Source: an uncultured Actinomycetes bacterium
Lineage (GTDB): Bacteria > Actinomycetota > Thermoleophilia > RBG-16-64-13
Direction: 5' to 3'
Assembly (NCBI GenBank): GCA_963841735.1
Contig: CAWJDT010000001.1
Location: 608,001 to 672,000, forward strand
Length of the DNA stretch: 64,000 nucleotides
In this document: piece after piece, positions 26,228 to 37,097 of the stretch
How the letters are laid out: each line of letters begins with the position of its first letter
Position numbering within the stretch: the stretch's first letter is position 1
The notes under the pieces: generated by a model
The model's input: only the letters and a program-made list of their open reading frames with translations
The model's database searches: none
Told to the model about the DNA's origin: nothing
Made by a program: the position numbers and the translations under genes

Positions 26228-28528
26228 GTGAAAGTCCTTCCCCGTTTCATATACCTTAGCTGCTTCATCGGCTTGGGAGCGGTCTCCGCTCTGGCCCTCG
26301 ACCAAGCGGTGGAACCCTCCATGTCTGCCGTCCTTCTCCGGGCCGTGTTCATAGCAGCCGCCTGCGCGGCTCCAGGATTGATCTGGCGCAGGCTCTGGCC
26401 GCTGGCTATCGTGCTCCTCCCCTTGGGCTGCTACTTCCTGCTGCGAACCACGGTCCCGCTGCCCACCACGGTGCATGGTCTCGGCAATCACCTCGACTTC
26501 TACCTGAGCCAACTGCGGCAAGGGGCAACCGCCTACGAAACTACTCTCTTCCCTCTGCCCGTAGGAGAGTTCCCGGCATTGCGAGCGTTGCTGGCGTTCT
26601 CAGCCTACTGGCTGTTGGCGGCAGCGGCTTTTCTGGCCCTCAGCCTCCGCAGAGCGATCCCGGCGGTGGTGCTCGTTCTAGCCTTGCTGGGCTACGGTCT
26701 GACAGTGGATGACAAGCCGCGGGTGCTATGGCCCGCGCTTCTGTTCGGTGTCCTGTCGGTGTGTCTGATAGTGATCTGCCGCGGACTCGCCCGCGGTAGC
26801 TGGCGGCCGCGAGACGTGGCCACCGGCGGTCTTATCGGGGTAGCCGCATCGGTTCTCGCGCTTGGGCTGATGTTGGGCGCACCCTCCGTGGCGGCCACCC
26901 CTTGGCAGGACTGGCGCTCCTGGGACCCGTTCCGGCAAGGTGCGCCCGCGTACACGTTCAATTGGCTACAAAACTTTCCCGGCTTACTCGATCCAAGCAA
27001 CAACTTCGTGGTAATGCAGGTGCGATCCCCCTTACCGGCCTACTGGCGGGCCAACGCCCTCGACACCTTCACTGGGACCGCCTGGGTCACATCGCAGGCC
27101 TTCCTTTCTCGGGTCGAGGGAACCACCGGCGCGAACGGCTACATATACACGCTGCCCGCGACCGAACTCATGCCCGCCGGGGAGACTGTGACCGAGACTT
27201 TCCAGATCCGCGACGTATACACCAACTACTTTTTTGCGGGCGGCGACCCCCAGACCCTCGACCTCGATCAGAATGTCGCTCTGCGCATGAACAGCATGCG
27301 CTCGCTGCGGGTAAGCAACGCCCTGGGACCAACACTCGACTACAGGATCACCGCGGTCATCCCCCGCCTCAAGCCGGCCGATCTGGTAGGGCTCGGCACC
27401 GACTATCCGGCCGAGTTGGATCGCTACCGCACTCTGCCCTGGGGCACCATCGCCGATCTCAGGGGCCCCGACAAGGATGCGGAGTGGCGCAGCAAGGTGG
27501 AGTCTGGTGCGCCAGACGGCTGGGAATGGACCGAGCTCTACTCCTTCAACCGCCGCGTCGTCGGTGAAGCGACCGACCCTTACCAGATCGCCCTTCTCAT
27601 CGAGCGGTATCTGCGCCGCAACTACACATACTCGCTCGAGCCCCCGACAGGCGAGTACTTCTCCCCGTACGCAGCCTTCTTGTTCAACTACCGCACCGGC
27701 TACTGCCAGCACTTCGCCGGTGTCATGACCTTGCTGCTGCGCTACAACGGCATCCCGGCGCGGGTCGCGGTGGGCTTCACCACTGGATCTCCCGATACGA
27801 CGGGGACATATGTGGTCAGCAGGAACAACGCTCACGCCTGGGTGGAGTCCTACTTCCCCGGTGTTGGCTGGGTGAATTTCGATCCCACTCCGGGACGGAG
27901 CATACCCACTGCGGGCGGCTCCTCCACCAGCCCAGGGTTCATCGATCCCTTCAGCAATGCAGCGGCACCAGAGTCGGGGACCGTTGACACCGTCCCGACT
28001 CCCACCACCCTCCCCGCGCAAAGCCAGGCGGGGGGAAACCCCGCAACGCCCGACGAGAAACAAGCCCTCGGCCAAGCCACCTGGTTGCCCTGGGTGGCCG
28101 CTGTGGTGGCCATGGGAGCGATCTGGCCCCTCCTCCTCGGGCTGTGGCGACGGCGGCGGCTTCACAGGGGAGCCCCGGACCGGCGCTTGGAGGCGTCGCT
28201 AGCACTTCTCAGGACCGACCTACGTGACCACGGGGTACCCATCACTCCGGCCCACACTCTCGCTGAAGCTCTGCAAGTACTCCAGCACCAGGTTGGCGTG
28301 GCTCCCGACCTGGTGCTTGTCGAGCGGGCCGATTGTGTACTGTTCGGGGGCAGGAGTGCCTCTAATGAAGACCTGACGCGGGCCAAGAGTTTCCGCTCCC
28401 AGGTTGGGAGAGTCCTGCGAAGCCATCGAGGCTGGTTCAGAACCGTCTGTGCGTGGTACGGAATACCACGCCGGCGGACGCCCACCCCTCAGGCGAAGGG
28501 TCATCCCGGACGGTTTGGCGCCGCCTAA
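26228..28528 (+). CDS. Membrane transglutaminase-like protein (TgpA/DUF3488 type)
   Basis: Multi-TM N-terminus; GYCQHFA, GIPARVAVGF, AHAWVE, WVNFDPTP. Confidence 0.9.
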   Translation: MKVLPRFIYLSCFIGLGAVSALALDQAVEPSMSAVLLRAVFIAAACAAPGLIWRRLWPLAIVLLPLGCYFLLRTTVPLPTTVHGLGNHLDFYLSQLRQGATAYETTLFPLPVGEFPALRALLAFSAYWLLAAAAFLALSLRRAIPAVVLVLALLGYGLTVDDKPRVLWPALLFGVLSVCLIVICRGLARGSWRPRDVATGGLIGVAASVLALGLMLGAPSVAATPWQDWRSWDPFRQGAPAYTFNWLQNFPGLLDPSNNFVVMQVRSPLPAYWRANALDTFTGTAWVTSQAFLSRVEGTTGANGYIYTLPATELMPAGETVTETFQIRDVYTNYFFAGGDPQTLDLDQNVALRMNSMRSLRVSNALGPTLDYRITAVIPRLKPADLVGLGTDYPAELDRYRTLPWGTIADLRGPDKDAEWRSKVESGAPDGWEWTELYSFNRRVVGEATDPYQIALLIERYLRRNYTYSLEPPTGEYFSPYAAFLFNYRTGYCQHFAGVMTLLLRYNGIPARVAVGFTTGSPDTTGTYVVSRNNAHAWVESYFPGVGWVNFDPTPGRSIPTAGGSSTSPGFIDPFSNAAAPESGTVDTVPTPTTLPAQSQAGGNPATPDEKQALGQATWLPWVAAVVAMGAIWPLLLGLWRRRRLHRGAPDRRLEASLALLRTDLRDHGVPITPAHTLAEALQVLQHQVGVAPDLVLVERADCVLFGGRSASNEDLTRAKSFRSQVGRVLRSHRGWFRTVCAWYGIPRRRTPTPQAKGHPGRFGAA

Positions 28529-28542
28529 TATACAATTACGTC

Positions 28543-28785
28543 ATGACGACTGCGCAAATCACCAAGAAGAAGCTGCCGGTCTTCACGCTGAACCGCTGCA
28601 AACAGTGTGGCATCTGCAGCCATTTCTGCCCCACTGAGGCCATCGCCCTCCACAAGGACGGCACGCCGTTCCTCGCCCATCCCGAGGCCTGTACCTCGTG
28701 CGGGCTGTGTGAAGACATGTGCCCCGATTGGGCCGTGTGTTTGAGCCTAGTCGAGCTTGGGGAAGCCGACAAGGACACCGCCTGA
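28543..28785 (+). CDS. 2x[4Fe-4S] ferredoxin-like protein
   Basis: CKQCGICSHFCP and CTSCGLCEDMCP; TACAAT 6 nt before the ATG (leaderless-type). Confidence 0.9.
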   Translation: MTTAQITKKKLPVFTLNRCKQCGICSHFCPTEAIALHKDGTPFLAHPEACTSCGLCEDMCPDWAVCLSLVELGEADKDTA

Positions 28786-28805
28786 TCTATCTGTAAGAGG
28801 GGCTC

Positions 28806-29993
28806 ATGGGCAAAGTGATCTACCTCGACCACGCTTCTACCACCCCGGTTGACCCCGAGGTCGTAGCGGCCATGCTCCCGTGGCATACACACGAATACGG
28901 TAACCCGTCGACCGTCTACAGCCTGGGCCTCACTGCCGCTCAGGCCGTGACCGAAGCCCGCGAGTCGATAGCTCACACCATCGGCGCGGAGCCCGAGGAG
29001 ATCTACTTCACCAGCGGCGGCACCGAGTCCGACAACTGGAGCATACTGGGCACTGCCGAAGCTCAGCAGAAGAAGGGGCATCACCTCGTCACCTCCGCCA
29101 TCGAGCATCACGCCGTGTTGGAGACGATGGACTACCTGGAGAAACGCGGCTACGAGATCACCAGAGTGCCGGTTGGCGCAAGTGGCCTAGTCGACCCCGA
29201 GGACGTACGCGACGCCATCCGCCCCGACACCATCCTCGTGTCCATCATGCATGCCAACAACGAAGTGGGCACCATCGAGCCCATCGCCGAGATCGGCAAG
29301 ATCACGCGCGAGGCAGGAGTTCTCTTCCACACCGACGCCGTGCAGACCGCCGGCAAGCTCCCGCTCGATGTCAACGAGCTGGGCGTGGACATGCTCTCCA
29401 TGAGCGCGCACAAGTTCTATGGTCCCAAGGGCGTCGGACTCACGTACTTGCGCAAGCGCACCCGGCTGACGCCTCTGCTCCACGGGGGCGGCCAGGAGAA
29501 GGGCCGCAGGGCAGGCACTCTCAACGTGCCGGGCATCGTGGGCATGGCCAAGGCCCTCGAGTTGGCGACCTCCCGCATGGCCGACGACGCCGTCCGCGAA
29601 GCCGAGTTGCGCGACCGCTTGTGGGCCGGTCTCAGCGCCCAGATCGAATCGATCCATCTGAACGGGGATCTGACCCACCGTCTTCCCGGCAATCTGAACG
29701 TCCGCCTCGACGGCATCGAGGGTGAGTCGATGATCCTCATGCTCGACATGGAGGGCATCTGCGTGTCCTCGGGCTCGGCCTGCACCACCGGCTCTTTGGA
29801 GCCCAGCCATGTGCTTCTTGCGCTCGGCATCCCGGCCGAACACGCGCACGGCTCCCTGCGGGTCACCCTCGGCCGCGGCACCACCGCCGAGGACATCGAC
29901 TTCTTCATCAGCGTCTTCCCTCCAATCGTGGCGAGGCTGCGGGAGATGTCGCCCATCTGGTGCTCCAACTGCGCGTGCAAACAAAGGAACTGA
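28806..29993 (+). CDS. iscS: Cysteine desulfurase (IscS/NifS)
   Basis: YLDHASTT, FTSGGTES, HTDAVQ, SAHKFYGPKG, SSGSAC. Confidence 0.93.
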   Translation: MGKVIYLDHASTTPVDPEVVAAMLPWHTHEYGNPSTVYSLGLTAAQAVTEARESIAHTIGAEPEEIYFTSGGTESDNWSILGTAEAQQKKGHHLVTSAIEHHAVLETMDYLEKRGYEITRVPVGASGLVDPEDVRDAIRPDTILVSIMHANNEVGTIEPIAEIGKITREAGVLFHTDAVQTAGKLPLDVNELGVDMLSMSAHKFYGPKGVGLTYLRKRTRLTPLLHGGGQEKGRRAGTLNVPGIVGMAKALELATSRMADDAVREAELRDRLWAGLSAQIESIHLNGDLTHRLPGNLNVRLDGIEGESMILMLDMEGICVSSGSACTTGSLEPSHVLLALGIPAEHAHGSLRVTLGRGTTAEDIDFFISVFPPIVARLREMSPIWCSNCACKQRN

Positions 29994-29994
29994 T

Positions 29995-30415
29995 ATGTAC
30001 TCAGAGCTTGTTATGGAACACTTCCGGAACCCTCGCAACATGGGCTCCATCGAGGATGCGGACGGCGTGGGCGAGGTCGGCAACCCGCAGTGCGGGGACA
30101 TGATGCGCATCACCATCAAGGTCAAGGATGACGTCCTTGAGGACGTGAAGTTTCAGACCTTGGGCTGCGGAGCCGCCGTCGCCACTTCGAGCATGGTCAC
30201 CGAGATGGCCAAAGGGCAAGAAACTGGATGAGGCCCTGGAAATCACCAACAAGGCAGTGGCCGAGGCCCTGGGCGGGCTTCCTCCGGCCAAGATGCACTG
30301 CTCCAACCTGGCCGCCGATGGGCTCCGGGCCGCCATCGACGACTACCGCGCGCGGCACGCCGCCATAGGGGCGCAATGCGCCCCACTGGTGCGCGCCGCG
30401 CACCGGCTTGTCTGA
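29995..30415 (+). CDS. iscU: Fe-S scaffold IscU/NifU, frameshifted near 30215 (probable sequence error)
   Basis: MYSELVMEHFRNPRN, GNPQCGD, GCGAAVA; after a shift it continues KKLDEALEITNKAVAEALGGLPPAKMHCSNLA; end approximate. Confidence 0.88.
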
Positions 30416-30915
30416 CCGTTACGCTTCTGCTCTTTGCCTTCGGCCTGCACTCAGCCCTCCGCTGGCCGCGCAGTCGGGCGATAGACTGGCAGCCGACACC
30501 ACCTACACCGCCGACCTGGACGGTGACGGCAGCAGCGAAACCATCCTCATCGACGGAGACACGGCTTCTCTTACCATCACCGACGGCGACACCGTCTATC
30601 ACAGCCGCGACAAGTGGCGACTGGTCGAAGCCGCGCTTGGTGACACCGACCGCAACGGGCTTCCTCGAGGTGGTGGCCCTCCTGGACGCGGACGACGGAC
30701 GCCACCTGGGCCTGTTCGCCTACTTCGGCGGAGAGTACCGGGAGCGCCTCGTGACGAGCGAACTCACCCCCCGACCCCTCTCGCTGCGCGTGCTCCCCGA
30801 TGACCTACTGGAGCTCACGCAGGAACTCCCCTCCGGCCAGGACGGCACTCGGACCGTCCTCTACCGCTGGAACGGTTTCGGCTTCACCGCCATGGATCCG
30901 GCCGATTTGCCGTAA
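30376..30915 (+). CDS. Hypothetical exported protein with DxDGDG calcium-binding-like motifs, frameshifted
   Basis: Pieces in two frames: signal-like N-terminus, ADLDGDGSSE and GDTDRNG, then EVVALLD...YRWNGFGF. Confidence 0.55.
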   Translation: MRPTGARRAPACLTVTLLLFAFGLHSALRWPRSRAIDWQPTPPTPPTWTVTAAAKPSSSTETRLLLPSPTATPSITAATSGDWSKPRLVTPTATGFLEVVALLDADDGRHLGLFAYFGGEYRERLVTSELTPRPLSLRVLPDDLLELTQELPSGQDGTRTVLYRWNGFGFTAMDPADLP

Positions 30916-31000
30916 CGGGCCAAGCAAGCGTCCTCCGACCGTAATAGAATCGTTACACGGTGGAATTATGGTGGGGCAAATACCAACGTAGGGGGTAGTC

Positions 31001-33197
31001 ATGGACCGACGCCCGGCAGTCATCTTCTTTCTAGTAGTCGCTCTGGCCGCGTTGACGGCCCTGGCGTCCCTCGGCTGCGGCGCGAGTGGAACCAGCGTGA
31101 CCAACAACGGCAATCAGAGTGCCGGCACCACCAACCCGTCCACCGGTCAGTCGAGCGCCACCGGGGACTCGAAGCCCCCCGCCGGCATGGTGGGACCCTT
31201 CACCGAGCCCGACTACCTCGACTCGCAGCCGGTCGATCTTGCGGCCATCACCAATCTCGAGGCGGCCGGCCTTGCCGACGCCGAGCAACAGGTACTCGCC
31301 CGGCAGAGCTTCGTCGCCGTCGGCCTGCCCCCCGACGAGACATCGTGGAAGTTCTGGCAGGTCTACGAGACGGCCCGCTACCAGGGCCTGCCGGTCTTCG
31401 TCACCACCGATTCCGTCCTCAACGCCTATCACGGCCTCTTCGACACCATTCTCCAACGCATGGAGGAAACGTCTCTCTTCGACCAGGCGGTCGTCATGAC
31501 CGAGGCTTTGTACTCGTCGGCTTCCGACCAATGGAACACTGCCACCGACCCGACCATCAAGGAGGAGGCGCGCCTCAACATGGCCTTCTTCGCGGTGGCC
31601 GACTCGCTGCTCAAGGGCGCAAGCGCGAGCCCGGACGTGGTGGCGGACGAGGTCCAGGCAGAGCTGGCCCTCATCGAAGCCGCCGCCGGCCCGAGTGGTT
31701 CTCCCGTCCTCGGATACACCGAGGACTACAGCCAGTACACCCCCCGCGGCCACTACACCCGCAGCGAGCAGCTGAAGCGCTACTTCAAGACCATGATGTG
31801 GTACGGCCACACCGCTTTCTACATCAACCCCGGCGAACCCGACATCACCCTAGAAGAGGCGCTCAGCCTCACCCGGCGGGCCATCCTGGTCGCGTCGTCG
31901 CTCGTGGGCCCGGCCAAGGAGGCGTGGATGGCCATCTACGAGCCCACCAGCTTCCTGGTCGGACGAGCCGACGACATCACCGTGGACGACATGGCGCAGG
32001 TGCTCACCCAGGTGTTCGGCAGCGCCCAGCCCGCGCCCGACGACCTAGCCGACGCCGGCAAGATCGCCGCGGTCCGGGAGAAACTCAACGAGCTGCCGGC
32101 ACCCAAGATCCAGTCAGCGGTTGCGCCAGGCACCGATGGCAGATGGCACCGGAAGCCGGGAAGACAGCCAGCGCAGCTTCCGGGTCATGGGACAGCGCTT
32201 CATCCCCGACTCCTATGCCTTCCAGCAGCTGGTGTGGAACTACGTGGGCACCGAAGACAATCCCCGGGACTTGCCTATGGGACTCGACGCGATGACAGTG
32301 CTCGGATCCGACCAGGCCTATCAGATAGAGACACAAGACTTTGGCCAAGACCAGTACGAGAACTGGCAGAGTCAAATCGAGAAGGTCAACCGGGAGTTCA
32401 CCGAGCGCAGCCCCGACCTATGGCCAGTGAACCTCTACACCGGGTGGCTCGAGTCGCTGCAGTATGTGATGGCCTTCCCTGCCGAAGGCGCTCCTGACTT
32501 CATGAAGTCGCGGGTCTGGGCGCGCAAGAGCCTGAACACGGCCCTGGGGAGCTGGACGGAGCTTCGGCACGACACCATCTTGTACGCCAAGCAGTCGGTG
32601 ACGGCCGAAGGCGACGGGGGAGAGGAACCGGAATCGCCGGGATACGTGGAGCCCTACCCCGCCTTCTATGCCAAGGTCGCCGAGCTGGCGACCACTCTGC
32701 GCGAGGGCTTGGTCGACTACGAGCTGATCGATCCGAACTCGGCCAACAAACTCGAGACCATGATCTACCTGGCCGACACCCTTGGCTCCATCGCCCAGAA
32801 GGAGTTGGCCGGCGAGCCGCTCACCGCGGAGGAGATCACCGTCATCCAGGAGTACGGGAAGTATCTCGAGGACTTGGAGCAGTTCAGCACCTCTGAGCCA
32901 GGCCAGACTCTCTCGCCCACGGCCGAGAAGAGCCCGCTCGCAGCCGACGTGCACTCCAACTACAACTCCATTCCGCCGGTCGCCCTCGAGGAGGCAACCG
33001 GCTACCCGCTGACCCTCTACGTCGCGTTTCGAGCTGGACGGCAGACTGCAGGTCTCGCCGGTGCCTCGTACGCGTACTACGAGTTCACGGTACCCGTCGC
33101 CGAACGCCTCACCGACGAGGCCTGGACCGCCCTGCTCGATTCGGGCCAAGCTCCGCCTCGGCCGGCCTGGACCGAGGAGTGGATCATGACCAGGTAG
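31001..33197 (+). CDS. DUF3160-family lipoprotein, frameshifted near 32120 (probable sequence error)
   Basis: Lipobox-like LGC; PVFVTTDS, EDYSQYTPRGHYT, FRVMGQRF, SWTELRHDTILYAKQ, GYVEP, LTDEAW. Confidence 0.82.
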
Positions 33198-33258
33198 CGC
33201 CCGGAGCACGACCTCCCGGCGCCCGCGAGACGATCGGGGCGCCGGCGCACCTACCGGC

Positions 33259-35547
33259 CTACGAGCACTTGGAGTAGCCGCACGAGCGGCAGACCATGCA
33301 GCCGCCCTCGTGCTCGATGGCGCCGCCGCAGTCTGGGCACGCTCCCTGTGCGTGGGCTATGGGCATCTCCAGTTGCCCCACAGCCTTGCCACTACCGTTG
33401 CTTGCCAAGTGATACTTGTCGGCCAGAGCCTTGCCGATGGCGTCCGGGCACGAAAGGATCTGATTGGGCCCGAAGCCCAGCGGCACGTGACAGCGGATGC
33501 CCCGTAGTCTGCTTGACGATCTTGTCCGGAGGAACTCCGTAGCGGAAGGCCAGGGAGATAAGACGCCCGATGGCCTCAGTCGAGGCCGAGGCGCAGCCGC
33601 CGGCCTTGCCCATGTTGGCAAAGATCTCCCGGGGCCCGAAGTCGTCCTCGTTGACGGTGACGTACAGACTGCCGCAACCGGTGACCTTCTCTCGGGTCTC
33701 GCCACGCAGCACAGGGGACCGGCTGGGCCGCACCGGCATGGTGGCGGCGCCCTGCGCGATCAAGCTCCAATTGGCTCCCGCCGTTGTCCCCGGCGACCTT
33801 GCGCTTGACCTCACCGATGTTGAGCACCTGATCCTGGCGGGACCCGTCGCGATAGATGGTCACCCCCTTGACTCCCAACTCGTAGGCGAGCAGGTACACC
33901 CGCTCGACATCTTCGGGCCGGGCCTCCTTGGGGAAGTTGACCGTCTTGGAAACGGCGTTGTCCACGTGGTCCTGGAAGGCAGCCTGCATGCGAATGTGCC
34001 ATTCGGGAGACACGTCATGCGCGGTGACGAAGGCCTTCTTGAGGTCATCGGGTACGTCCATGATCGTGGAGCCCGCCGACCGCGGCGATGCTCTTCATCA
34101 GGTCTTCGGAGTAGAGTTCCGCGCTCCTTCAGCACACGCTCCAGCGCCGGGTGCGCCTCGGGCAACTCGGTGTTGTCCATGACGTTGCGGATGTAGGCGA
34201 GGGCGAAGATGGGTTCCACCCCGCTCGAGCAGCCGGCGATGATGGAGATGGTGCCGGTGGGAGCGATGGTGGTGAGGGTGGCGTTGCGCACCCGCCTTCC
34301 CTTGGCCTTCCAGACGCTGTCTTCCCAGTTGGGGAATACGCCCCGGTCGAGGGCCAGCTCTTCGGAAGCTTTGATGGCCTCCTCGTGGACGAAGCCCATG
34401 ACTTCGTGCGCCAGCCGGATGGCCTCGTCGGAGTCGTAGCCTATGCCCAGTTCGACCAGCAGATCCGCCCAGCCCATGACCCCCAGGCCGATCTTGCGGT
34501 TGCTCTTGGTCATCTCGCCTATCTGGGGCAGGGGATAGCGGTTCATGTCGATGACGTTGTCCAGGAAGTGGACGGCCGTCCGGGTCACCCGGCGCAGGCG
34601 CTCCCAGTCCACGTCGCCGTCCTTGACCATGATGGCCAGATTGATCGAACCGAGGTTGCAGCTCTCGTAGGGCAAGAGTGGCTGCTCACCACAAGGATTT
34701 GTGGACTCGATCTCGCCCAGGCCCGGCGTAGGATTGTCGCGGTTCAGCCGGTCGAGGAACACGATGCCCGGTTCGCCGTTCTTCCAGGCCAGATTGACGA
34801 TGAGGTCGAATATCTCGCGGGCGTTCAGGCGGCCCACTTCTCTGCGGTCGCGCGGGTTGCGCAGGGCGTAGTCGTCGCCCGTCAGCACCGCGGCCATGAA
34901 CTCCTCGGTGACCCCCACCGAGATGTTGAAGTTGTTGAGGATGTGCTCGTCCTCTTTGGCCCGGATGAACTCCACGATGTCGGGATGGTCCACCCGCAGG
35001 ATGCCCATGTTGGCGCCGCGCCGGGTGCCGCCCTGCTTGATGGTCTCGGTGGCCATGTCGAACACCCGCATGAACGAGACCGGCCCGCTGGCCACACCCA
35101 TGGTGGACTTGACCAGGTCGTTCTTGGGCCGCAGGCGGCTGAAGCTGAAGCCCGTGCCGCCCCCCGACTGGTGCACCAGAGCCGCGTCCCGGATGGCGCC
35201 GAAGATCGACTCCATGCTGTCTTCCACCGGCAGCACGAAGCAGGCGGAGAGTTGCTGCAGTTCCCGGCCCGCGTTCATGAGCGTGGGGGTGTTGGGCAGG
35301 AACTCCAAGGCCGGCCATCACCGCGTAGAACTCGGCGATCACGGCGTCCAGAGGGCTGCTCGGGATGGTAGAGGCGATCGGCCTGCGCGATGTTCTCGGC
35401 CACTCGAGCCAACATGTCGGCCGGCGTCTCCAGGGGCTTTCCGTCCGCCGTACGCTTGAGGTAGCGCTTCTCGAGGACCTTCACTGCGCTGGGGGAGAGC
35501 CTCTTCTCCAGTTCGGCCGACAAGGCCCTTAGCTCGGCGACGGTCAT
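33259..35547 (-). CDS. nrdJ: Class II (adenosylcobalamin-dependent) ribonucleotide reductase, several frameshifts (probable sequence errors)
   Basis: [59 protein letters not shown]-terminal ILSCPD and CPDCG..EGGC..C..CGYSKC, spread over several frames. Confidence 0.9.
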
Positions 35548-36005
35548 CTGATCCCCTCTTTCGCAAGCTGCTCCAGTTCTTCCTTGAACTCCTCGATACT
35601 CTCGAACTGTCGGTAGACCGACGCAAAACGGATGTAGGCCACGAGATCGACCTCCTGCAGCCGCTCCAAGGCCATCTCACCCACCCGCTCGGACGAGACT
35701 TGGTAGGCCGACTCTTCCCTCAGCTCCCGCTCGATGTCGGCCACGATCTCCTGCAGCCGCTCGACCGGGACGTTCCTCTTGGTGCACGCCCGCGTGAGAC
35801 CCCGCAGCAGCTTCTCCGGGTGGAACAGCTCAGTGTTGCCGTCGCGCTTGACCACCGTGATGGGGATCTCCTCGATCTTCTCGTAGGTGGTGAAGCGCTG
35901 CCCGCACGCGATGCACTCTCGCCGGCGCCGGATGGTCTCTTTGCCCTCCGTCTCGCGAGATTCGACCACTCTGCTCTCGGGAAGGCCGCAGTAGGGACAG
36001 TTCAC
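35544..36005 (-). CDS. nrdR: Transcriptional repressor NrdR
   Basis: CPYC..RVVESR..IRRRREC..C..RFTTYE, ATP-cone, AYIRFASVYR; GGAGG RBS before GTG 36005. Confidence 0.97.
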   Translation of the reverse strand: MNCPYCGLPESRVVESRETEGKETIRRRRECIACGQRFTTYEKIEEIPITVVKRDGNTELFHPEKLLRGLTRACTKRNVPVERLQEIVADIERELREESAYQVSSERVGEMALERLQEVDLVAYIRFASVYRQFESIEEFKEELEQLAKEGIR

Positions 36006-36101
36006 GGCGTCCTCCCTTTGCTCCGATAGAGTGAGTCGATTGCTACCACCAGCGTACACACACTAGTACCCCCCCGATATGACCGGACATCCCCGGCAGC
36101 A

Positions 36102-36148
36102 CCACTACATATGGGGTCTCCACGATGCTAGCACCCCATATATCGGCT
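36102..36148. promoter_or_regulatory. Tandem NrdR boxes
   Basis: CCACTACATATGGGGT (36102) and ACCCCATATATCGGCT (36133) resemble acaCwAtATaTwGtgt and are 31 bp apart, upstream of nrdR-nrdJ. Confidence 0.75.
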
Positions 36149-36309
36149 GTCAAAGCCTTTGACGCGCGTGTTTTTCCCGCAAATACCGGGTCGGCAAATA
36201 GCGTTGGTACGCCTGCAGCGGCTGGCCGCCCTCGGGCGACTCGCCCGCCGTTCGTCGGCCCGGCGCGACCGGGCTGGACTAGTGACGGCCCCTTGAGGAT
36301 AATCCAGGC

Positions 36310-37085
36310 GTGGACCAGCTTCTGCTCATCGTGGAAGACGACCCCTCTCTGCGCGAGGTCATCCGGCTGGGCCTCGAGGGAGAGGGCTTCCGCGTGGCGG
36401 CGGCCGAGGACGGCCCGTCCGCTCTCATTGCCTTCGCCTCTCAGAGTCCGGATCTGGTGCTGCTCGATGTCATGCTGCCCGGGCTGGACGGATTCGCCGT
36501 GTGCCGCGAACTGCGGAAGGTCTCTCTGGTGCCCATCGTCATGCTGACGGCCCGCACGTCGACCGCGGACGTGGTGGGCGGCCTCGAGGCAGGCGCCGAC
36601 GACTACGTGACCAAACCCTTCGAGTTCCCCGAACTCGCTCGCCCGCGTCCGTTCGGCGTTGCGCCGGGCGTCGGTAAGGAGCTCTCCGGCGGTCGGCAGA
36701 CATGGCCGGACAACCCTCCGCTGAGCGACACCCGGCCGACGGCTGTGGACGCCCAGGGAACCGCTCCGGCGCCTCCTCGCCGTTGACGCTGGGCGGGCTC
36801 GTCATCGACCCCGGCGGGTTCACCGTCCGCCGAGGTCCGGAAGAGATCCTGCTCACGGTGACCGAGTTCCGCCTTCTCTACGAGCTGGCCCGTCACGCCG
36901 GCCAGGTGCTCACCCGTGATCAACTGCTCGAACTGGTGTGGGGCTACACCTATCTCGGCGACAGCCGCCTGGTCGACGTGCATGTGCAGCGCCTACGGGC
37001 AAAGATCGAGGAAGACCCCGCCCACCCGCTCCTCGTGCTCACCGTTCGGGGTGTGGGCTACCGGGCCGCCCGGCTCGGCTCGTGA
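36310..37085 (+). CDS. OmpR/MtrA-like response regulator, frameshifted near 36640
   Basis: Receiver LIVEDD, LLDVMLPG, GADDYVTKPF; winged helix LTVTEFRLL, SRLVDVHVQRLR, TVRGVGY in a second frame. Confidence 0.9.
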
Positions 37086-37097
37086 GATCCGGCCGTG

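Noticed and set aside
33259-35547. Programmed frameshifting or pseudogene status of nrdJ and its neighbours
   Set aside because: Many unrelated genes in the same band have indels with intact motifs and no consistent slippery site; sequence error is the simpler explanation
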